Shown: positions 44,629 through 55,513 of the stretch, piece by piece | Position numbering within the stretch: position 1 is the stretch's first letter | Layout of the letters: every line of letters begins with the position of its first letter | Virus record (IMG/VR): IMGVR_UViG_3300036851_000548 | Coordinates: 1-63,719 of that record | DNA length: 63,719 nucleotides | Strand: one strand, 5' to 3' | Source: a virus | Lineage: Duplodnaviria; Caudoviricetes | Made by a program: the position numbers and the translations under genes | The notes under the pieces: model-generated | The model's database searches: none | What the model saw: only the letters and a program-made list of their open reading frames with translations | Told to the model about the DNA's origin: nothing

Positions 44629-47600
44629 CTACGCCGTGGATCGGACGCGGGGGAACGGATTGACGATCCACTCCCGTTCTACTGCGTCGAGGATCCCGAT
44701 CTGGCCGAGGTCCCCGAGGGTGCCCCCGTGCTCGCGCTGGTCGGCGTGCAGCTGCGCGATGGCCGCGCCGACGCCCTCCGGGTCCGGGGCGCATGCCAGC
44801 ACCGTCAGCGCGTCCCCGTCGCGCCCGTAGAGGCGGTAGCGGTGCGCCTCGTCGCGCGGGTAGACGGCGTCGGGGTCGATCCGGTTCACCGGTCGGCAGC
44901 CAGCGGTTCCACGATGACGTGCCTTCTGCCCGACGGCGCGAGCGCGTACCTGCCCCGCAGGGCCTCCAGCCTCCGGTCAGCGAGGCCGACGGCGATCACG
45001 ACGCCTTCCCACGGGTACACGGCCGTGTCGATCGGCGCGTAGACGGGCAGGCCGAGCCGCACGGCCTCCCGCATGACCTCGTCGGTGCGGTCGGTCACGC
45101 CGCCCTCCGCCGCGCTCGCCTCGGCCCGAGGGTCAGTCGCCGAAGCGCCCGCAGGTACGCGTCCCGGGTCATCCGGCCCTTCACGTACGCCTCGCGGAGC
45201 CGACCGGCGGGGCCGCTCCACTTCCCCGGCGTGAACCGGTCGAGGTCGCCGTAGGGGTCGCGGACGTTCACGCGAACCGCTTCAGATCAGTGAGCGAGTA
45301 GGCGAGCCTGACACCGCCGAAGTCGCTGATCTCTGCTTCGAGGAGCGCGTCGTCGCCCTTGGCGAGGCGCGTGATGACGGCCTGATCGACGCGGATGCTT
45401 CCGCCGTCACGGGTGCGCTGCGTCCACGTCTCCTGCCCGTCCCCGCGGCCGGTGCGTCGCCAGCCGCCGCGCCGGAGGACTCGGTGCCAGCGGCGCAGTT
45501 CGAACGCCTGCCGGAGGCGCCTCACCGCGCCACGACCTTGACACCCTCGGTGTCCTGCTCGGCCTGCTGCGCGAGCCGGGTTCGGTTCCCGATCCGCCAG
45601 TGCGTCTGGTAGGTGGCGTCGAGCCAGCGTGCGGGGCGACCGGCGAGGCCGTCCGTGTAGCCCTGCTCCCGGAACTGCCGGTCGCGGAGGGCTCGCTGCC
45701 TCGCGTTCACCTGGGCACCTCGGGCGCGCGGTCGCTGCGGCGTGCCAGTTCGTCCTTCAGATCGGCGTAGAACGCGCCGACGATGGCGACGAAGTCAGCG
45801 AGCGTCGCCGTGTCGATACCGCCGAGCGTCCCGGTTGTGCTGTGGTCTTCGGCGACCTGGCGGATCGCTCGGGACATAGTCGCCATCGGGCTAGCCATCA
45901 TGCGGACGTCCGCCACGACGTCCGTCCTGAGCGGTCACGTAGACGGCGCCGTCGCGGCCGTCGTAGCCGGGCGCGAACGCGTAGCGGCGCTCGGCCCCGT
46001 CGTCCTGCTGGATCTCGCCGAGCCACACCTCGTGGTTCAGGTCGCTGCCCTCCCGGCGGACAGCGGCCTTGCGGGTGCTGCCGCACTCGGTCTCCATGAC
46101 GACGGCGCGGTAGGCGCGGCCCGGCCCCGACGGGACGACGGTGACCCATTCCCCGCGCCTGAGGTCCATCGCGCGCCTAGTCATCGGCGTGCCCGCTCAT
46201 GACGTCGTGGTGGTCGGGGTGCTTCGGGTCCGCGATCTCGTACGCCTCGCGCGGGTCGACGTGCGCGGCCCGCTCGCGGCGGACCGCCTCGCCCTCGGCG
46301 CGGTGCTCCAGCGCCGCCTGCACCTGCCGCGAGTCGAGGAACTCGTACAGCACCTCCTCCGGAACCGAGAACACGAGGTCGGCGAGCGCGATGGGGAGGT
46401 CGTGGTCGCCTGAGACGAGCAGCGTGTAGCCACTCTCGTCGTAGTCGAGCGCGATCCTGTCGATCATGTCCCGCTCGCCTCCCAGTCATAGACGGTCGCG
46501 CCGCTGACCACGCGTCCCGAGAAGAGGTGTTCGTCCTCGTCGAGCCGCAGGATACGGCGGAGGCCCTGCTCCGGGGCGGCCGTGATCGCAGCGTCGCGGA
46601 CGGTCAGGCCCGGCAGGTCGGGGCTCGGGCGGGCCGCGAGCCATATCCGCAGCGACTGCTCGTACCGCTCCGCGTCGGCGGGGTCGTCGAACTCCGCCCG
46701 CTCGCGGATGTGCTCGACGGGGATGCCGGTCGCGGAGTCCTGCGCCACGATCAGGGTGATGTGCACCGCCTCGGGGCGGATCAGGCCAGGGGCGTGTTCG
46801 GTCATCCGTCTCCTCCTTGCTTTCGCGGGTCGTGGGGACTGTCCTTGCCAAAGTGCGAGTCCCACCAGTCTGTGATCTGCCCGTCGGCGTCGAAGGACGC
46901 GGTCGCGGCGATCGGCGAGACGGTCGTGAGGCCGCCGCCGTCGATGGGGTCCTGCGGCCACCCCTCCGAGCGAGCGCGGTCCCACTGCTCGAACGTGATC
47001 GGGCGAAGCGACCCGACGTCGTGCGAGGACAGTTCACCGGCGGCGCACATGACGGAGTGCCAGCAGCCGTACTCCCTGCCGCGCTCCCTGCCCGAGAGCG
47101 TCAGCGGCCAGTCCTCCGGATAGCGGGTCCGCGTGAACGCGTCCGTGGTGTGCCCGTATACCGTCAGCTCGGGGTAGACGACGATGTAGAACGCCTCCGC
47201 GCCTCCGCCGTCGGGCGGATCGCATCCCATGAAGCAGGCGCAGCGGTCGGCGAGTTCGCTCACGCGGCGGCCTCGAACGCGGGGCAGGGGCAGTCGTCGC
47301 AGCGGCCCTCGAAGCGGTCGCCGTGGTGCGCCTCGTGGTGGTGGCCGCACTCGCAGTAGTCGTCCGGGTTCGGGTCGCGCTCGTGGTCGGGGCGGTACCC
47401 GTAGGCGAGCGCGGCCTCCGCCATCACGGTGTTCGCGACCTTCAGGTCGATCGAGTCGAGGGGGCGGTCAGGCATCGGTCACCTGCGTGCCCGGGGGAGG
47501 CCCCGCCGTAACCGGGACCTCCCCGAGGCGCGCCCTGAACTCCCACCGCTCCGGGTCGAAGACGTAGCCGGTCAGGTCGAACGCGTCGGGGTGCCGGTAG

Positions 47601-48228
47601 CGGCCTCCCTGTTCGCGGACGACGATGCGGAGGCCGTCGCACGGGCCTCCGACCACGCGGGCCTCACGGCCCCGCAGGTTGTCCGAGTCCGTCCAGCGCA
47701 CCTCAGGCGACCGCCTTCCGGTAGAGCGCGTCGTGCTCCCCCTTCTTCATCTCGACCAGCCCCTCCGCGATCAGGTTGGCGAGCGCCGCCTCGATCTGCC
47801 GGTGCGACGGCCGGTTCCGGGCCTCGGGGTGCCGCTCCCTGTAGAGCCTGTCGATCCGCTTCGACAGAGAAGCGCCGTCGCCTGTGTGGTAGCCGTCCAG
47901 GTACCGCGACAGCCAGACGCCGGGGCGCGCCGCCTCCTCGGCGTGCGCCTCGATCGCGTCGAGGACCACCTGCTCCACCTTGCCGCGCGATCGGTCAGTC
48001 ATCGTTGCTCTCGGCCTCGATGCGGATCAGGTGGCCGTGGTGCTCCACGAAATCCGTGTCGCGGTCTAGCTGACGCTGCTCGGTCTCGGTGACTTCGCGC
48101 GAGCAGACAGCGCAGGTGCTCCTCGGCGCCGGTTTGCTGTCAGCGATCAACTGCGACAGGGAGGGGTGGGTGCCGTCGCGGAGCGCGGCGATCTCCTCGG
48201 CGTGGTCGCGGAACTTGCGTGGCGTCAT
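44629..48228 (-). CDS. run of about 15 small hypothetical genes
   Basis: contiguous minus-strand ORFs with overlapping start/stop codons (e.g. 44629-44889, 45268-45525, 46177-46467, 46464-46805, 46802-47263, 47703-48002). Confidence 0.55.
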
Positions 48229-50003
48229 CGCACGTACTCCATGACCAGTTCGCCCTCTTCGGTGACGACGACGACCCGCTGGAAACTACTGCGGCGGTAG
48301 ACGGCCCAGGCGGTCTCGATCGCGACCTTCGAGTCGGTGTGCACGCCGAGCAGGATGTTGTCGGCGTGGAGGTTGAACACGCCGGGGCGTCCTGCGACGT
48401 CCTCCGCGACCGTGGCCTGCGGGGTTCGGGGCGATGCGGCGTTCCCGTCGATGGAGACGTGGTCGGCCGTGCCGCGCTGCGCGATCTCGATCGTCGCGGC
48501 GTCTGCCTCGACCTCGAACGTGGTGCCCATGCCGTCGGTGGCGACGAGCACGCCCGCCTGCAACCCGAAGAACTCGCTGGCGGCGGTGAGGTCCAGCGCG
48601 AGCCGGGCGCGGGTGACCGCGACGTACATCAGCCGGAGCTCTTCGCCGCTCGGCTCGTCGGGGAAGTCGTCCGCGATCTTCACGCTGTCCCACTCGCGAC
48701 CCTTCGCCTTGTGCGCGGTCGAGATCACGATGTCGGCGTCCTCTTCGCGAGGCATCCGCTCCAGCGCGTCGAGAATGGTCTGGACGCCGAACTCGTCGAT
48801 CAGGTTGACCATCAGGCGGAGGTCGCCGCCCTGCTCGTCCTGCTCGACGTACTCCTGAACCTCGCCCCAGGACTTGAAGCAGGCGAGTTCGGGGTGCGAC
48901 GTCCAGCCCTGCGTCATCAGGTCGTTCGCGGCCTTCGCGAAGTCAGCGACCTCGCGGCCTCCGCCGACGAGGTGCGGGCGGCGCCCGCGCTTCAACTCGT
49001 CCAGCAGGATCGTGATCGTCGTCGCGTTCGTGCGGCACAGGTACGCGTCCGGTTCGGCGAGCGCGCCGACGGTGCTCGGGATCGACTCGGTGCCGGTCAG
49101 CGTCAGCTCGGCGTCCAGGAGGCGGAGGCAGTGGTTCGCCTTCTCCGCGACGGCGGGGCCGAACCGGAAGGACTGCGACAGGTACGCCTTCTGCTCGGCC
49201 TGCACCTTCTGCAGCGCGTTGACCGCGCCCGTGAACGTGTAGATCTGCTGCTGGCTGTCGCCGACCCAGACGATCTGCGCGTGCGTCTGCGCCTCGATGA
49301 TCGCGACGAGGACGGGGTTGGCGTCCTGCGCCTCGTCGAAGAGGATGAACTCGGTGTCGATGCGCGGGCTGCTGAGGTGCCACATCTTCAAGTAGTGGTC
49401 GTGGCGGAACGGGAGGATCCCCCGCTCGTTCACGATGTCCGCCCATGCCTTCCGCATGTACGGGACGTGCGTGCGGGCGACCTCGTTGTTGTTGACGTAG
49501 GAGCCGGGTGGGAGGTCGATCCCGTCGATGTACGGGACGTGCCGCGCCTCGGGCTGCAGGTCGGCGGACTGGCAGAACCCGATGACGCCGCGCATCGTCA
49601 GCCCGGCGAGGAAAGCGGGGCCGAGCCGCTTGTGCGTGCCGTCGGGGAGCGTCAGGTGGATCGGCTCGCGGATGCCGAGGTGCTTCGCGAGGTCGGTCGA
49701 CTTCATCCGCGCGCTGTTCTTCAGGCGGGCGGCGTAGCGGGTGCCCGGCACGACCGCGCGGTAGGCGAGCGAGTGGGCGGTCGAGCAGGCGACGTTGCGG
49801 GGCATCTTCGCCTTCGACTCTTCGACGATCGCCCTGTTGAAGGCGACGTACTGGCCGCGCCGCGTGGTGCTCTCGGCGAGCAGGCGGAGCGTCGATGTCT
49901 TCCCGGCTCCTGCGCCCGCCTCGATGACGAGCGACTTGCCGGTTCCGAACAGCGCGAGCGCTTTCTGCTGCTCGGCGGTCGGGGTGATAGTAGTGCTGGA
50001 CAT
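48225..50003 (-). CDS. UvrD-like (SF1) helicase
   Basis: AGAGAGKT, DEAQD, VGDSQQQIY, SFRF, STAHKAKGREW, YVAVTRAR. Confidence 0.92.
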   Translation of the reverse strand: MSSTTITPTAEQQKALALFGTGKSLVIEAGAGAGKTSTLRLLAESTTRRGQYVAFNRAIVEESKAKMPRNVACSTAHSLAYRAVVPGTRYAARLKNSARMKSTDLAKHLGIREPIHLTLPDGTHKRLGPAFLAGLTMRGVIGFCQSADLQPEARHVPYIDGIDLPPGSYVNNNEVARTHVPYMRKAWADIVNERGILPFRHDHYLKMWHLSSPRIDTEFILFDEAQDANPVLVAIIEAQTHAQIVWVGDSQQQIYTFTGAVNALQKVQAEQKAYLSQSFRFGPAVAEKANHCLRLLDAELTLTGTESIPSTVGALAEPDAYLCRTNATTITILLDELKRGRRPHLVGGGREVADFAKAANDLMTQGWTSHPELACFKSWGEVQEYVEQDEQGGDLRLMVNLIDEFGVQTILDALERMPREEDADIVISTAHKAKGREWDSVKIADDFPDEPSGEELRLMYVAVTRARLALDLTAASEFFGLQAGVLVATDGMGTTFEVEADAATIEIAQRGTADHVSIDGNAASPRTPQATVAEDVAGRPGVFNLHADNILLGVHTDSKVAIETAWAVYRRSSFQRVVVVTEEGELVMEYVR

Positions 50004-50043
50004 GCGGGCCTCCCGGTTACGGCGGGTGGACGTGGACGGCCTT

Positions 50044-50066
50044 ACTGTATCAGGATAATCGGACGG
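50044..50066 (-). promoter_or_regulatory. CCGTCCG-N10-TACAGT promoter with an embedded TATCCTGATA palindrome
   Basis: seen in the intergenic gap before the helicase. Confidence 0.7.
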
Positions 50067-50089
50067 GAAGCAAGCACCGGAAGGGGGAT

Positions 50090-50455
50090 CTACGCGGCGA
50101 CGGTCTCGCGTTCGCGCTGCCGCGCCAGCCGCGCCTCGCAGATCCGGCGCGCCTCAGCCGAGCGGTGCGAGTGCGGGCACGCAACCGGGCGCCGCTCGTC
50201 GAGGCCGAGCAGCTTGCGGACGAGCAGGCGGCGGAGCGCCTCCCACTGCGGGTGGTGCGCCGCGCAGGTCGTGCCGACGTTGTCCAGTTCGAACGGTGCG
50301 CCGCCCTCGCCGACGGGGACGATGTGGTGCGCGTGGAGAGGCCCCGGCGCGCAGGCGCCGCCCAGGAGCCTAGAGACGGTGCAGCGGCCCTCGTCGCGCT
50401 CGATCGCGCGTCGACGGGTCATCCGCCAGCGGAGTGTGCTGTAGATGTTCTCCAC
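50090..50455 (-). CDS. HNH endonuclease
   Basis: W...R...RD..RC...HHIVP...N...C..HH. Confidence 0.75.
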   Translation of the reverse strand: MENIYSTLRWRMTRRRAIERDEGRCTVSRLLGGACAPGPLHAHHIVPVGEGGAPFELDNVGTTCAAHHPQWEALRRLLVRKLLGLDERRPVACPHSHRSAEARRICEARLARQRERETVAA

Positions 50456-50519
50456 GGGGCATCGGGATACATCGTTCCCGACGCGTCGGACGGACAAACC
50501 TCACGCCGCGTGAACGAGA

Positions 50520-50554
50520 TGGGGGGCGGGGTCCCTTCCGGCACCCCGCCCCCC
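50520..50554. terminator. GC-rich hairpin, possible terminator
   Basis: GGGGGGCGGGGT...ACCCCGCCCCCC inverted repeat; no clear U-tract. Confidence 0.45.
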
Positions 50555-50580
50555 TCGCCCTACCCCCCTCCTCGGGGAGG

Positions 50581-51222
50581 CTACTTCGTCTTCGCGCCCG
50601 GCTTCGGGTGCGGGCGCGCCGGGCGGTCGCCGGCCGCTGCGGCCCCGACCTGGTCGACAGTCGCCTCGGCGGTCGCGGACTCGGGCGGCTTGGCCTTCGG
50701 CGTCTCGTCCTTCTTCGGGGCCGTGGCCTCCTTGACCGCAGCCTTCAGCGCCTCGACCAGTTCGGCCGGGCTCTCGGGTGCGTCGGACTTCAGGTCGAAC
50801 CGGGACGGCTTCGTGCTGCCGACCCGCTTGAAGACCTCGCCCTTCTTCGCGCCGCTCGTGATCTGCGCCGACAGGGTCGCCTTCGGCGTCTTCCCCTTCA
50901 GCGTCGGGACGACCCCGGACGCGATCACCGCGGTGGCGATCTCGTTCGCGGTCAGCGGCTTCCCCGCGGCCCGGATCGCGGCGATGCACGCCTCGCGTCC
51001 GGACACCTTCGTCTTCGTGCTGCCTGCCATGCTGTCCTCCGTTCCGTTCCCCGACTGTTGAGGGCGCGGGCGCGTCGGGGATGCCGCGCGCGCGCCGTGG
51101 TTGAGATGGTGTTCCCGCCGCTTCGCGTCGGGCCACTCCCAGCGGAAGCCGCGGACGTCGCAGCCCTCCTCGATGCAGACGACCCGGATGCCGAGGTCGT
51201 CGAAGCCGTAGCGGTCAGGCAC
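50581..51222 (-). CDS. winged-HTH (HARE-HTH-like) protein with a Lys/Ala-rich tail
   Basis: GKPLTANEI...GKTPKATLSAQI...F.R. Confidence 0.65.
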   Translation of the reverse strand: MPDRYGFDDLGIRVVCIEEGCDVRGFRWEWPDAKRREHHLNHGARAASPTRPRPQQSGNGTEDSMAGSTKTKVSGREACIAAIRAAGKPLTANEIATAVIASGVVPTLKGKTPKATLSAQITSGAKKGEVFKRVGSTKPSRFDLKSDAPESPAELVEALKAAVKEATAPKKDETPKAKPPESATAEATVDQVGAAAAGDRPARPHPKPGAKTK

Positions 51223-51232
51223 CTGCGGCCTC

Positions 51233-51797
51233 CTACCCGTCGTGGAACGCCGCGAATATCTCGGACGCGGCCTCGCGGTGCTCGATCGGCACGTCCGAGG
51301 GGTCCTCGAACGCGACCTCTGACGCAGCCTGGAGCGCGTCGTACACGTCGGGGCTGACTACGAGGATCGCGTACGGCGTCCGCTCGTCGATCGCGACCTG
51401 GTACGGGCGCGGCGATTCGTCGGTGACGACCATCTTCTTGAGCATCAGGCCACCGCCTCGGCCTCGACCCGCTGGAAGTCGACGTTCCACCGGTCGAGGA
51501 CGCGGCCGACGATCTCCACAGCCTCGTCCTCGGACGCGGCCTCGACGGTCACCCCTCGGAGGGCGCGCATGTCTCGCGACTCGCGGTCTCCGCTGCTCGT
51601 CCAGGCGACGTTCTTGAACGGCACGAAATACTCCATCAGGCCACCGCCTTTGCGCACGTGCACTCGGGGCGGCCGCAGTCGTCCGCGTGGCCGCACGCGA
51701 TGGCGTTGCTGGCGTAGTGGACGTGCAGGTCGTGCTCCCGTTCGGTCAGCGGAGCGGCGGGCTGCTCGTAGGTGGTGGTGCGGGCGTCGACGATCAC
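51233..51797 (-). CDS. three small hypothetical genes (51233-51445; 51445-51636; 51636-51797)
   Basis: TGATG overlaps; AGGAGG RBS for the first-transcribed gene. Confidence 0.5.
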
Positions 51798-51887
51798 GGT
51801 GCCTCCTCCTGCGGCGCGTCCCCGTTTATCGGGATACGCGGCGCTCACCACATGTAGCGGACGGCTGCTGGAGAAGTCAAGCGCCCG

Positions 51888-53294
51888 CTACGAGGAGGCG
51901 GGTCGGGCGCGGCCGTGTGCGAACGCGTAGTCCGAGATCCGCGCCAGCGACGTCTCGTGGCTCGCAGGGTCGTTCTCGATCCCGACGAACCGGAACCCCT
52001 CCATCATCGCCGCACAGCCGGTCGTGCCGCTCCCGAGGAACGGGTCGAGCACCAAGCCGCCCGGCGGGGTGACGAGCCTGACGAGGTGCCGCATCAGTTC
52101 GATCGGCTTCACGGTCGGGTGGAGATTCCTGGTCGTGCCGCCGATCCGTTCGCGGCGGCGCGGCTTCGCGATGTAGAAGAACCTGGCGGCTCCGCCGTCG
52201 TCCGCGTCCGCCTCGTTCAGTTCCGCGACGGGACAGCCTGGCGCGCACAGCGTGGCCGTGTGCCGGGCGCCGTTGCCCTCGCAGTCGGGGAGGTGCGCGA
52301 GCAGCACGTTCGCGGGCCAGCGCCCGGCGTCGACGGCCTCCCTGACGGTCGCGCTCGGCGGGAAGTCGGTCGCGCCGTCCGTCTTCCCCTTGGGCCGCTC
52401 GACGGCGTGCGAACCCGGCTCCCCGCCGGGGCGGGCGGCGTCGATGTTGAGCGCGCCGGTTCCGTACGCGAGCACGGTCTCGGTGACGGTCCCCGCGAGC
52501 GGCTTCCGGGCCATGACGATCGGCTCGTGCGCGGGCTTCAGCGCGGTGCCCCAGCCGTCCCACTGCTGCGCCTCTGGCGTCACGGGGGTGCCCTTCGCGA
52601 TCGGCGCCTTCGTCGGAGAGAACACCTCGTTGCCGCCGTAGTCGGACACGACCCGGTCGGGCCGTTCGGCACCGGCGCTCTTATCGATCTGCTTCGACAC
52701 GTCGAGGCTCTTCGGGAACCCCGACCCGTAGATCCAGTGGAGGCTGTCGCGGATCTCGAACCCGGCGTCCTCGACCCCGGCGGCGAGCCGGTGGTACATG
52801 CGGGTCGCGCCGAACGCGAGGAGGTGGCCGCCGGGCTTCAGGACGCGGTACGCCTCGGCCGCCCACGCCTTCGAGAACTGCTCGAACGCGAGCACGTCCG
52901 GACTCGCCCCGGCGTAGGAGGGGACCGCGCGCCAGTCGGCCTTGTCGCCGCACTTGTGCGGGTTCCGGAACGCGTCCCGCTTCCCGCACGTCTGGCACTG
53001 GTAGGAGGTGCGGCGCCCGCCGAACGACGGCAGCTTGCCGTGCTTCGCGTCGCCGGGGTCGCCCCAGTTCGACTTCGACGGGTCGGCGCGCTCGGCGTTC
53101 GCCCAGCGCGGGTGCATCTCGACCTCGTCGTGGGGGATGAACCTGTCCCAGTCGCGGCCCATGAACTCGATGCCGTAGGGCGGATCGGTCACGACCGCGT
53201 CGACGGACTCGTCGGGGAGCGTGGCCATCACGGCGATGCAGTCGCCGAGCAGGATCCGCGCGTCGGGAGGGGCGGCGCGGCGGGGCCTAGCCAT
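51888..53294 (-). CDS. amino-DNA methyltransferase, paralog of 34874-36412
   Basis: TDPPY, YGSGFPKS, HPTVKP, VLDPFLGSGTT. Confidence 0.92.
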   Translation of the reverse strand: MARPRRAAPPDARILLGDCIAVMATLPDESVDAVVTDPPYGIEFMGRDWDRFIPHDEVEMHPRWANAERADPSKSNWGDPGDAKHGKLPSFGGRRTSYQCQTCGKRDAFRNPHKCGDKADWRAVPSYAGASPDVLAFEQFSKAWAAEAYRVLKPGGHLLAFGATRMYHRLAAGVEDAGFEIRDSLHWIYGSGFPKSLDVSKQIDKSAGAERPDRVVSDYGGNEVFSPTKAPIAKGTPVTPEAQQWDGWGTALKPAHEPIVMARKPLAGTVTETVLAYGTGALNIDAARPGGEPGSHAVERPKGKTDGATDFPPSATVREAVDAGRWPANVLLAHLPDCEGNGARHTATLCAPGCPVAELNEADADDGGAARFFYIAKPRRRERIGGTTRNLHPTVKPIELMRHLVRLVTPPGGLVLDPFLGSGTTGCAAMMEGFRFVGIENDPASHETSLARISDYAFAHGRARPASS

Positions 53295-53931
53295 GCAGCG
53301 TCCGGGCGGCGACGTCCAGCGCGGCGTAGACGGTCTCGCTCGGCCCGGCGGTGCCCTTCTCCTTCGCGACGACCGTCAGCCACGCCTCGACCTGGTCGCG
53401 CTGGTCGGCGCTGTAGAGCAGCACCAGTTCGCTCATGCCCGGCGGCGGCGGCTCGGGGCCGGGCGGCGCGGCAGGCGTCTCTCGGTTCAGCTGCCGCAGC
53501 TTCGCGAGCCGGTCGTCGAGGTCGTCGCGGGTGTAACCGGTCCCCTCCAGCGCGTCGAGCTCGGCGAGCGCGTTCAGGTGCGTGACGAGCGCGTCGAGGC
53601 TGTAGGTGCCGAGCTCGGGGATCCGGTTGTCGGCGAGGAGGTAGGCGCGGGCCTCGTCCTCGTCAGCGAAGTCGTTCTCGATCCCCGCGACGTGCGTCCA
53701 CCCCTCGGCCTTCGCAGCGAGCCGAACGTGGTGACCGGCGACGATCCGCGGCCCGTCGACGAGGATCGGCCTGACCTGCCCGAACCGCCTGAGCGAGGCG
53801 CGGACGGCGTCGACGTCGCCGACCCTGGGGTTGCCGGGGAACGGCTCCAGCTCGTCGATCGGGATCAGGAAGCGGCGGAGCGTCTTCGCCCCCCTCCAGA
53901 CGGTCCTCTGCCTCGCCGCGGTCTCGGTCAC
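53287..53931 (-). CDS. ParB-like N-terminal domain protein
   Basis: NPR, SLRRFGQVRPI, IVAGHH, LADNR. Confidence 0.8.
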   Translation of the reverse strand: MTETAARQRTVWRGAKTLRRFLIPIDELEPFPGNPRVGDVDAVRASLRRFGQVRPILVDGPRIVAGHHVRLAAKAEGWTHVAGIENDFADEDEARAYLLADNRIPELGTYSLDALVTHLNALAELDALEGTGYTRDDLDDRLAKLRQLNRETPAAPPGPEPPPPGMSELVLLYSADQRDQVEAWLTVVAKEKGTAGPSETVYAALDVAARTLHG

Positions 53932-54401
53932 TCCGCCTCCAAGTGTAGGTGGTAGACGCGCCGGAGGAAGTCGCGGCCCGGCCCGTCGCCGAGCTTGCGG
54001 AGCACGTAGGCGACCACGTCGGGCCGTTCGCCGGGGAGCCGCTCGCCGATCCGGCGGGCGACCCACTCGCGGTCGCGCCGCTCGGTCCGGTACGCGGCGC
54101 GGAGGGCCGTCCCCCCGCCCTTGGCGGGTTCGGTCCACTCGTGCCCGAGCGTGATCACGTACGGGCTGCCGTGGAACGCGCCGTGGCAGAGCATGGCGCC
54201 CGTCCCGCACAGGCCGACGACGTTCTCGACGACGTCGTCGCCGGACTGGCCCCGGCCGACGGGTAGGACGTGGTGGCCGTTCGAGGCGGGTCCGCCGCAG
54301 GCGAGGCACTCGGGGTGCGCCAGCAGCGCCCTCCTGGTCGCGGTGCGGTCCTCGACCCGGGGCGGGGCCTTCGGGTCGGCGCGGCCGGTCAGAGCTGCCA
54401 C
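53928..54401 (-). CDS. HNH-like nuclease
   Basis: CLAC...HH...N..GLC...CH..FH; start uncertain. Confidence 0.65.
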   Translation of the reverse strand: MAALTGRADPKAPPRVEDRTATRRALLAHPECLACGGPASNGHHVLPVGRGQSGDDVVENVVGLCGTGAMLCHGAFHGSPYVITLGHEWTEPAKGGGTALRAAYRTERRDREWVARRIGERLPGERPDVVAYVLRKLGDGPGRDFLRRVYHLHLEAE

Positions 54402-55513
54402 CCGGCGTCGCGGCTGACCGACAGGTAGGCGGTGCGGGCCTCGCCGGGGACGAGCGCGCGGGCGCAGCAGAGGCAGTCGGGGAGGCCGCTGCCGCCCTCC
54501 CACGCGTGCAGCATGACCTCGGTGTCGGCCTCGTCGCGGCGCTTCGCGACCTCCCACTGCCTCGTCAGCGACCCCATCCCGGTGCCGGAGCCGCCCTGCA
54601 GGCAGTAGTCGCCGCACGGCGCGTCCGCGAACCGGGCGCGTCCGTCGGCGTCCTGCGCCCACCTGTCGAGGCCGACCGTGGCCCCCTCCCACTGGCCGCG
54701 GCCACCGTAGTTCGTCGGCTTCCCGTCGGGGCCGTACGTCGGGACGTCGCTGCCGCGCGCCACGACGTTGAAGTGGTTCGCGCCGTCGTAGAACCGGAGG
54801 CGGCAGCGGCTGTCGAAGCCGACCTGGACGGTGCCGACCGCCGGGTCCTGAAGCTTGGGGTCGTTCCACAAGTCGATCTCGCGGAGACGCGACCCGGCGG
54901 CGTCGAACACCTCAAGGACGCCGGGCGTGTAGGAGTCGCCGCCGACGCCGACCGCGATCTTCGGCTCCTTGACGTACGCCGGGGGGCCGGAGTCGGAGCC
55001 ATCGGGCTGCTGCACGGCGGTCACCCACACCTTCGCCTGCGACGCGTCGACGATGTAGTCATAGCGGACGAGCATGATCCGCTTCCCCTCGGCGGCGGAG
55101 TACCGGTCGACCCAGTCGACGCCGAACGAGGCGCGGATCTCACCGGCAGCGTTGACGTACGGCGCGACGATGACGTTGGCGCCGCTGATCCCGAACGGGT
55201 CGGCCGGGTTCGACGGCGAGCGGTGCGCGAGCATCTCCCACCCCTTGTTCCAGATGTCCGGCTCGCCGGGGATGTCGCGGAAGTGGTGCCAGCCGAAGCC
55301 GCCGAGGCCCTGCCAGCGGGGGTCGTTCATCGAGAGCGCGGGCGGCACGAACCCGTCGATGCGGTCGCCGTTCGTCCTGAACGTCATCCGGCCGATGTAT
55401 CCGGGTCCGACGACGAGGTCACCCGCGGCCGTGACCTGCTTCCAGATCGCGAAGGTGCCGTCGTCGTTGCCGAAGACGTAGCGGTCGCCGAGGTCCTGGA
55501 TCGTCTGCGTCAT
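54389..55513 (-). CDS. hypothetical beta-rich protein
   Basis: ATGA overlap; high GC3; no recognised motif. Confidence 0.65.
   Translation of the reverse strand: MTQTIQDLGDRYVFGNDDGTFAIWKQVTAAGDLVVGPGYIGRMTFRTNGDRIDGFVPPALSMNDPRWQGLGGFGWHHFRDIPGEPDIWNKGWEMLAHRSPSNPADPFGISGANVIVAPYVNAAGEIRASFGVDWVDRYSAAEGKRIMLVRYDYIVDASQAKVWVTAVQQPDGSDSGPPAYVKEPKIAVGVGGDSYTPGVLEVFDAAGSRLREIDLWNDPKLQDPAVGTVQVGFDSRCRLRFYDGANHFNVVARGSDVPTYGPDGKPTNYGGRGQWEGATVGLDRWAQDADGRARFADAPCGDYCLQGGSGTGMGSLTRQWEVAKRRDEADTEVMLHAWEGGSGLPDCLCCARALVPGEARTAYLSVSRDAGWQL

Noticed and set aside
34874-53294. Shared sequence blocks between the two DPPY methylases as an assembly duplication or diversity-generating retroelement
   Set aside because: Similarity is limited to conserved motifs with diverged variable regions; no reverse transcriptase is present.
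54389-54401. CTG start codon (CTGA overlap) for the HNH-like gene
   Set aside because: An in-frame GTG lies 9 nt upstream, so a non-canonical start is not required.
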